From Bacilli bacterium (GTDB lineage: Bacteria > Bacillota_I > Bacilli_A > RFN20 > CAG-826): a stretch of 64,000 nucleotides of DNA. The first letter of the stretch is position 1; every line of letters starts with the position of its first letter. Positions 59,355 to 64,000 of the stretch are shown here, piece after piece. The stretch lies in contig JAZLKX010000057.1 of the NCBI GenBank assembly GCA_045597865.1, positions 1 to 64,000 of the forward strand, in the 5' to 3' direction. The notes below the pieces were generated by a model. The model saw nothing but the letters and a program-made list of their open reading frames with translations, did no database searches and had not been told where the DNA came from. Made by a program: the position numbers and the translations under genes.

Positions 59355-60300
59355 TAAATTAATTGAATACATCGAAAAGTCCTTTTTGAAAGACTTGATC
59401 TGCCAAGAAGGAGTAACTGACATTTCTTATAACGGAAAGTTTATTTTCTACTTGCACAATACTGAGGGAAGGAAAAAAGCTGATATAAATGTAAGCAGCA
59501 ACGAAGTTTTAGACTTTCTTAGGCAAATTGCCAACTATTCAGAGAAACAATTTTCAGTAACAACTCCTCTTTTAGATATTTCAGTAGGAAAATATCGCAT
59601 TAATGCAGTTCATCCATCAATTGTTCGTGTTAAAAACGAAAAAGCATGTTCTTTCGCTATTAGAATAAGTTCAGAGGAATCAAGAATCATAAACGATAAT
59701 GATTTTATAGATGAAAAATGTCGTTCTTTTCTTTTTGAAGCAATGAAAAATGAGAAGTCGATAGTCATTGCAGGCCCAACCGGTAGTGGAAAAACTGAAT
59801 TGCAGAAATTTTTGCTATTAAACCTCAAAAATTGCACCCGTGTCATAGTTATTGACAATGTTGAGGAGTTGGAAAATGTGCGTTTGAATAATGAAATAGA
59901 CCTCACAAGTTGGCAAATTTCTCAAAATAATTTAAATGCCTCAATTCAAGAACTTGTCCGTAATGCGTTAAGAAGTAATCCTGATTGGATTGTTATAGCT
60001 GAATCTCGAGGAAAAGAGATGAATGAAGTATTAAATAGTGTAATGACTGGTCATCCAATAATTACAACTTTGCATGCAGAAGCAATAGAAGACATACCTT
60101 TACGTATTTGTAGAATGGTAGAAATGGCTGACGTGACTCAAAAGCACGAAAGCATTCTAAATGATATTTATGAACACATAAAAGTATGTGTTTTTCTAAA
60201 TAGAAAAATTGATTCAGATACAGGTGTAAAACGATATGTTGAAGCAATCGGTGAATTACAAAAAGACAAAACAATGAAAATTATTTATAGGAGGAAATGA
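59347..60300 (+). CDS. tadA: CpaF/TadA-family pilus assembly ATPase
   Basis: VTDISYNG, R-NAVH, AIR, Walker A GPTGSGKT, Asp box IDNVEEL, ALRSNPDWIVIAESRG, His box TGH---TTLHA; ATG 59347. Confidence 0.88.
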   Translation: MNNKLIEYIEKSFLKDLICQEGVTDISYNGKFIFYLHNTEGRKKADINVSSNEVLDFLRQIANYSEKQFSVTTPLLDISVGKYRINAVHPSIVRVKNEKACSFAIRISSEESRIINDNDFIDEKCRSFLFEAMKNEKSIVIAGPTGSGKTELQKFLLLNLKNCTRVIVIDNVEELENVRLNNEIDLTSWQISQNNLNASIQELVRNALRSNPDWIVIAESRGKEMNEVLNSVMTGHPIITTLHAEAIEDIPLRICRMVEMADVTQKHESILNDIYEHIKVCVFLNRKIDSDTGVKRYVEAIGELQKDKTMKIIYRRK

Positions 60301-60301
60301 C

Positions 60302-61006
60302 ATGAAAGGAATCACAATAGGTTTTTTAATTTTGTCTATAGTTGTAGGGATTATGTGCTATCTTACAACATCAAATTTATATTTTGCATTAGGTATATTT
60401 TTGATTTTTATTCTTTATTTCTTCTTGTTTCAATACAAAAAATTTAAAAAATATTTTTCGATAGTTAGAAGAGTACATTCTTGCTATTTTTTTGTTAATT
60501 CCTTTATAGTTTCGATGTCAGTAAAGGAATCGTATGAGGAAGCCTATAACAGCGGTATCAGAATTAACGATTCAAAGTTGCAATTTTATTGTAATGAGTT
60601 AAATGATTTATCTGATTATGAAAAAGTTAAATATTTGCGAAATTATTTTAAATTAGCAATATACAAAATGTTTTTAAATATTTTAGAAATTTATCAAGAA
60701 CAAGGCGGTAATATTTTAACAATGAGTGACAATCTAATTCGTGAATGTACAAGGACCGAAAAAACGCTTATTGAATCATATAATTTAGGGATCAAACATA
60801 TCATTGAATTTATCATACTTTGGGCACTATCTTTTGGTGTACTTTTGTTCCTCAAATTTGGTATCGGAGACTTTTATGATAAGATGCTTCAAAACCCTAT
60901 ATTTCCACCCTTAATTTTAGTGTTCTTTTTTATCTTTTTAATTTCAATTCACTTGTTCTTTAAAACGTTTACAAATTTAACAATTAAGGAGGATATTATT
61001 GAATGA
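60302..61006 (+). CDS. TadB-like pilus platform membrane protein
   Basis: Two N-terminal TMs, cytoplasmic domain with EQGGN, two C-terminal TMs; follows the ATPase. Confidence 0.7.
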   Translation: MKGITIGFLILSIVVGIMCYLTTSNLYFALGIFLIFILYFFLFQYKKFKKYFSIVRRVHSCYFFVNSFIVSMSVKESYEEAYNSGIRINDSKLQFYCNELNDLSDYEKVKYLRNYFKLAIYKMFLNILEIYQEQGGNILTMSDNLIRECTRTEKTLIESYNLGIKHIIEFIILWALSFGVLLFLKFGIGDFYDKMLQNPIFPPLILVFFFIFLISIHLFFKTFTNLTIKEDIIE

Positions 61007-61671
61007 AAAAAATACTCGCTCAAATAGAAAGACTTGGCCTTTCTGCCAAAAAAGAATTTGCAATTTTAACAGTTGTAGATTTGATTTTGTTTGCTTGTTC
61101 AATTGTTGCTGGAATATATGGGAAAAACAGTCTATTTTTCATATTTGGTCCAGGATTTGCAGTGATTTTTTCAATTTTATACTTAAGCCGATATGGTAAT
61201 TTGATCAATAAAATTAATAACAATAACTTACTTGAATTTTCTGAACTTTTTGGTTTCTTCAAGATATATATTAAAAATGGTTACAACGTATACAATGCAT
61301 TAAAAGAAATCTCATATTTTGCTAATGACAATTTAAAAGAATTATTGCAAATTTTATTGAATGAAATTGACGAAGACAAATCGGTTCAACCATTTATTAA
61401 TTTTTCGAAAAATTTTGATGAAATAATTGTTGAAGAATTAATGATTTCAATATACCAAATGATTGATGAAGGAGAGCAGTCAAATTATCTTGTTCAATTT
61501 GAGTTTATTTTTGACAAATTTTCTGATTCATTATTGCAAAAAGAATTAAAGAAAAAAGACTCGAAATTAGGAACGCTTTCAAGTGCTCCTCTTATTGGCT
61601 CATCTTTCCTAATTGTGGTCATTACAATAGGCATTATTGGATTAATCGGAGATATTACGAATGGGATATAA
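61003..61671 (+). CDS. TadC-like pilus platform membrane protein
   Basis: Two TMs, GspF-like F-----G-NVYNAL segment, C-terminal TM preceded by P. Confidence 0.7.
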   Translation: MKKILAQIERLGLSAKKEFAILTVVDLILFACSIVAGIYGKNSLFFIFGPGFAVIFSILYLSRYGNLINKINNNNLLEFSELFGFFKIYIKNGYNVYNALKEISYFANDNLKELLQILLNEIDEDKSVQPFINFSKNFDEIIVEELMISIYQMIDEGEQSNYLVQFEFIFDKFSDSLLQKELKKKDSKLGTLSSAPLIGSSFLIVVITIGIIGLIGDITNGI

Positions 61672-62002
61672 ATTAGGTTTTATTTTGTCATTATTTTTAG
61701 TAGTTGAATTGTTCATCTTGGCAGGAGATTTATTTACTGCCCAGGTGATTTATACCAATCTAGATGCTGTGAGTATAACAGCTGGCAACATCATTTCTTC
61801 AAAGGGAGGTATAACAGATGAAGTTAGAACATTTGTTTTGAACAATACCGGAGGCGAAATAACTGCTGTTGGAGACGAAACTCCTTTATTTGGATCTATT
61901 TATGTTTTTAAAATTTCCAAAACCTATCAACCTATGAATTTCTTTACAGACGAATCGGAAATTTCGGTTGTACGCAGCGTCGTCATTGGCTATTACAATT
62001 AG
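61661..62002 (+). CDS. TadE-like minor pilin
   Basis: N-terminal hydrophobic helix, L-A----A-----GG, V--SVVIG; typical Tad pseudopilin size and position. Confidence 0.6.
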   Translation: MGYKLGFILSLFLVVELFILAGDLFTAQVIYTNLDAVSITAGNIISSKGGITDEVRTFVLNNTGGEITAVGDETPLFGSIYVFKISKTYQPMNFFTDESEISVVRSVVIGYYN

Positions 62003-62015
62003 AAAGGAGAAAAGT

Positions 62016-62216
62016 ATGTCTGAAGTTAAAGGCACTTTATTAACCATTATTCTTGTATTAGCAGTATTTGCAACAGTTTTTACAGCAGTCACACTTGCTT
62101 TTCAAAGAAAAGCATCTGATGTAGCTACTAAAATTGAAAATGCTGGAGAAACAGCGGCACCAGCTGCTGCACCAGCTGCTGCAGCAGGAGTAAATGTATT
62201 GACTTATCATTATTAA
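62016..62216 (+). CDS. Putative Flp-like major pilin (atypical)
   Basis: 66 aa; strong SD AAGGAG; short leader MSEVKG then a ~23-residue hydrophobic helix and an amphipathic tail; last gene of the tad operon. Confidence 0.65.
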   Translation: MSEVKGTLLTIILVLAVFATVFTAVTLAFQRKASDVATKIENAGETAAPAAAPAAAAGVNVLTYHY

Positions 62217-62228
62217 TCAATGCAATCA

Positions 62229-62251
62229 AGGGAGGCCTAGCCTCCTTTTTC
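62229..62251 (+). terminator. Terminator closing the tad operon
   Basis: GGAGGC-cta-GCCTCC plus T-run. Confidence 0.85.
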
Positions 62252-62319
62252 TTATATAATATAAAATTCTTTATTTTTATATTCTATGTGATACAATAAT
62301 CACACATTGAGGTAAATTT

Positions 62320-62544
62320 ATGGATAAACTTGCTGAAATTAAAGAACGTCTTGCTAAAGCTGCTCACAAAGACAGCATTGACGATTCTATGAAATTAAGA
62401 GAGCTTGGTATTGATTCTCTTGACATTGTTGAACTTCTTTTACAACTCGAAGAGGATTATGGAATCCACTTTAATGACATGGATATGTCAAACCTTGTTA
62501 CAGTAAAAGATTTACTCGATGTAATAGCAAAACAATTAAAATAA
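62320..62544 (+). CDS. acpP: Acyl carrier protein
   Basis: 74 aa, acidic; LGIDSLD-VEL---LEE-YG phosphopantetheine motif; TV-D. Confidence 0.9.
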   Translation: MDKLAEIKERLAKAAHKDSIDDSMKLRELGIDSLDIVELLLQLEEDYGIHFNDMDMSNLVTVKDLLDVIAKQLK

Positions 62545-62594
62545 TTAATTTCTAGTTGTTTTTAATAATAGTATTTGATACTATTTATTGCGTC

Positions 62595-62669
62595 GCCCAC
62601 TTAGCTCAGCGGTAGAGCTATCGGCTGTTAACCGATCGGTCTGCGGTTCGAATCCGTAAGTGGGCGCCA
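62595..62669 (+). tRNA. tRNA-Asn(GTT)
   Basis: ATCGG-ctGTTaa-CCGAT; GCCA end. Confidence 0.94.
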
Positions 62670-62674
62670 CTTCT

Positions 62675-62751
62675 GGCCCGTTGGAGAAGCGGCTTAACTC
62701 ATATGCCTTTCACGCATACATTCATGGGTTCGAATCCCGTACGGGTCACCA
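62675..62751 (+). tRNA. tRNA-Glu(TTC)
   Basis: TATGC-ctTTCac-GCATA; ACCA end; followed by terminator AGATGC-ttcg-GCATCT. Confidence 0.94.
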
Positions 62752-62895
62752 AGTTTAAAAATAGATGCTTCGGCATCTTTTTTTATTCCTTTCTCGCACA
62801 TAAACATGCGAGTAATGTGGAAGAATTTCACAAGATTCTTGAGAAATACTTCCAAATGCGCGTATAATATGAACGCGAGTTTGAAGGAGGATATT

Positions 62896-63324
62896 ATGAA
62901 GAAATCATCAATCCTTAAGAACAAAACATTAATTATTGGTTGTGGTTCGCTTGGAGCTACAATTGCTAACAAATGTTCTCAAGAAGGCAAAAACATCATG
63001 GTTGTTGACACTGATGCTAAATCTTTTGAACATTTATCTGATCGTTTTAGTGGTTACACATTTGTTGGTGATGTAACCGATCTTTCTACATTAGAAGAAG
63101 CTTATATTACATCAGCAAAAGAAATTATTATTACTACAGGTGATGATAACACTAATTTATTTGTCGCGCACATTGCACGCGTTATTTATGATGTACCACA
63201 AATTTATGTTCGTTTATCTGATCCAGATTCTGAAATTTTATTAAAAGGAATGGACATAAAGTCCATCTTCCCACTTGAATTATCGTTTGATAAATTTAAT
63301 TTAATGAGAGGAGGCCGTAAATAA
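62896..63324 (+). CDS. trkA: TrkA-N (RCK_N only) potassium uptake regulatory subunit
   Basis: IIGCGSLG, VVD, GD, T-DD-N; SD AAGGAGG before ATG 62896. Confidence 0.85.
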   Translation: MKKSSILKNKTLIIGCGSLGATIANKCSQEGKNIMVVDTDAKSFEHLSDRFSGYTFVGDVTDLSTLEEAYITSAKEIIITTGDDNTNLFVAHIARVIYDVPQIYVRLSDPDSEILLKGMDIKSIFPLELSFDKFNLMRGGRK

Positions 63325-63989
63325 TGAAAATCGTTATTGCAGGTGGTTCTAATACCGCTGACTACATTATTAAAAACTTTAAAGGCCATTCTCATCAATT
63401 GACTATTATCAACTTTGATAGAGAGGCCGCAAACTATTTAGCAAAATCTTCTAAACTACCAGTTTTCTATGGCGATCCAACAAAACCATATTGTTTAAAA
63501 GATGCCCACATTGAAGGCTCTGATATTTTTATTGCTTTAGGCAATAGAGATTGCGACAACTATGTTTCATGTTTGCTTGCTAAGAAAGTTTTCAATGTTA
63601 AAAAATGTATTTGTATTTGTTCAAACCCAAAAAATGTTGAGGTCTTCAAACAATTAGGTATTGATTCAGTTATTTCTTCGACTGAGCAACTCGTTCAATC
63701 AATTCTTTCTGAATCATCACTAGAATCTCTCATTAAAACAATGTCTTTAGAGGACGAAAAAATTGTTTTAACAGAAATTGTTATTAAATCTACTTACTAT
63801 ATTGCTCATAAACATATTATGGAAATTAACTTTCCTAAGACCGGGTCTATTGCGTGTATTTACCGTAGACCAAGAGTTATTATTCCAAATGGTTCTACAT
63901 TAATTTTACCAAAAGATAAATTAATTGTTCTTTCGACACCAAATGATCAAAAGAGCATTATTGATTTCGTACAAAAGACTAAGAAATAA
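63324..63989 (+). CDS. trkA: TrkA (RCK_N plus RCK_C) potassium uptake regulatory subunit
   Basis: MKIVIAGG, GD-T, D-DN---L-AK, LGID-VIS, I-R---IIPNG-T-I---D. Confidence 0.88.
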   Translation: MKIVIAGGSNTADYIIKNFKGHSHQLTIINFDREAANYLAKSSKLPVFYGDPTKPYCLKDAHIEGSDIFIALGNRDCDNYVSCLLAKKVFNVKKCICICSNPKNVEVFKQLGIDSVISSTEQLVQSILSESSLESLIKTMSLEDEKIVLTEIVIKSTYYIAHKHIMEINFPKTGSIACIYRRPRVIIPNGSTLILPKDKLIVLSTPNDQKSIIDFVQKTKK

Positions 63990-64000
63990 TGAAAAAGACA

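Noticed and set aside
59347-60300. VirB11 of a conjugative type IV secretion system
   Set aside because: It is followed by TadB/TadC-like and pilin-like genes; no VirB4, VirD4, relaxase or oriT is visible.
62781-62895. c-di-AMP (ydaO) riboswitch upstream of trkA
   Set aside because: The predicted promoter leaves only a ~20-nt leader, and I could not find ydaO consensus elements.
4482-63398. Numerous 60-144 aa antisense or alternate-frame ORFs inside long genes
   Set aside because: They are fully nested in well-supported CDSs, have no RBS or recognisable motifs, and are expected from codon bias.

Overview
AT-rich core-genome window from a reduced-genome Bacillota/Bacilli bacterium using genetic code 11; an uncultured Erysipelotrichales/Mollicutes-adjacent lineage is inferred, not demonstrated. 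In order it holds: the 3' part of an rRNA operon (23S partial, 5S); the conserved asp23-fakA-plsX-rnc-ftsY-ylxM-ffh block; a locally inverted rpsP-khpA-rimM-trmD block; rplS-lepB-rbgA-rnhB-dprA-topA-trmFO-xerC; rpsB-tsf-pyrH-frr-uppS-cdsA-dxr-rseP-polC; an orphan aminotransferase/aldolase/kinase/GtrA operon; a clostripain lipoprotein and an M3 peptidase; cdaA-glmM, deoD, gltX and gmk; an 8-gene Tad/Flp-type pilus operon; acpP and trkA genes. Twelve tRNAs are dispersed through the second half, 7 with C34 anticodons. The strongest novel signal is a ~70-bp regulatory architecture shared in identical register by the upstream regions of dprA (16011-16085) and of the Tad-like operon (57591-57666): an 18-bp palindrome, an A-tract, then TTTTATCGG-N18-AAATAnTAA and the RBS. 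The Tad operon is headed by a small sigma-region-4/ArpU-like (MG284/MPN403-like) regulator. This suggests an undescribed natural-competence regulon that uses a Tad pilus instead of ComG. Also notable are frequent leaderless genes, a possible amino-polyol or sphingoid-base catabolic operon, and a tRNA-Gly(GCC) with an abnormal T-arm. No CRISPR array, prophage or IS element was seen. All calls come from reading the sequence by eye, with no database searches.
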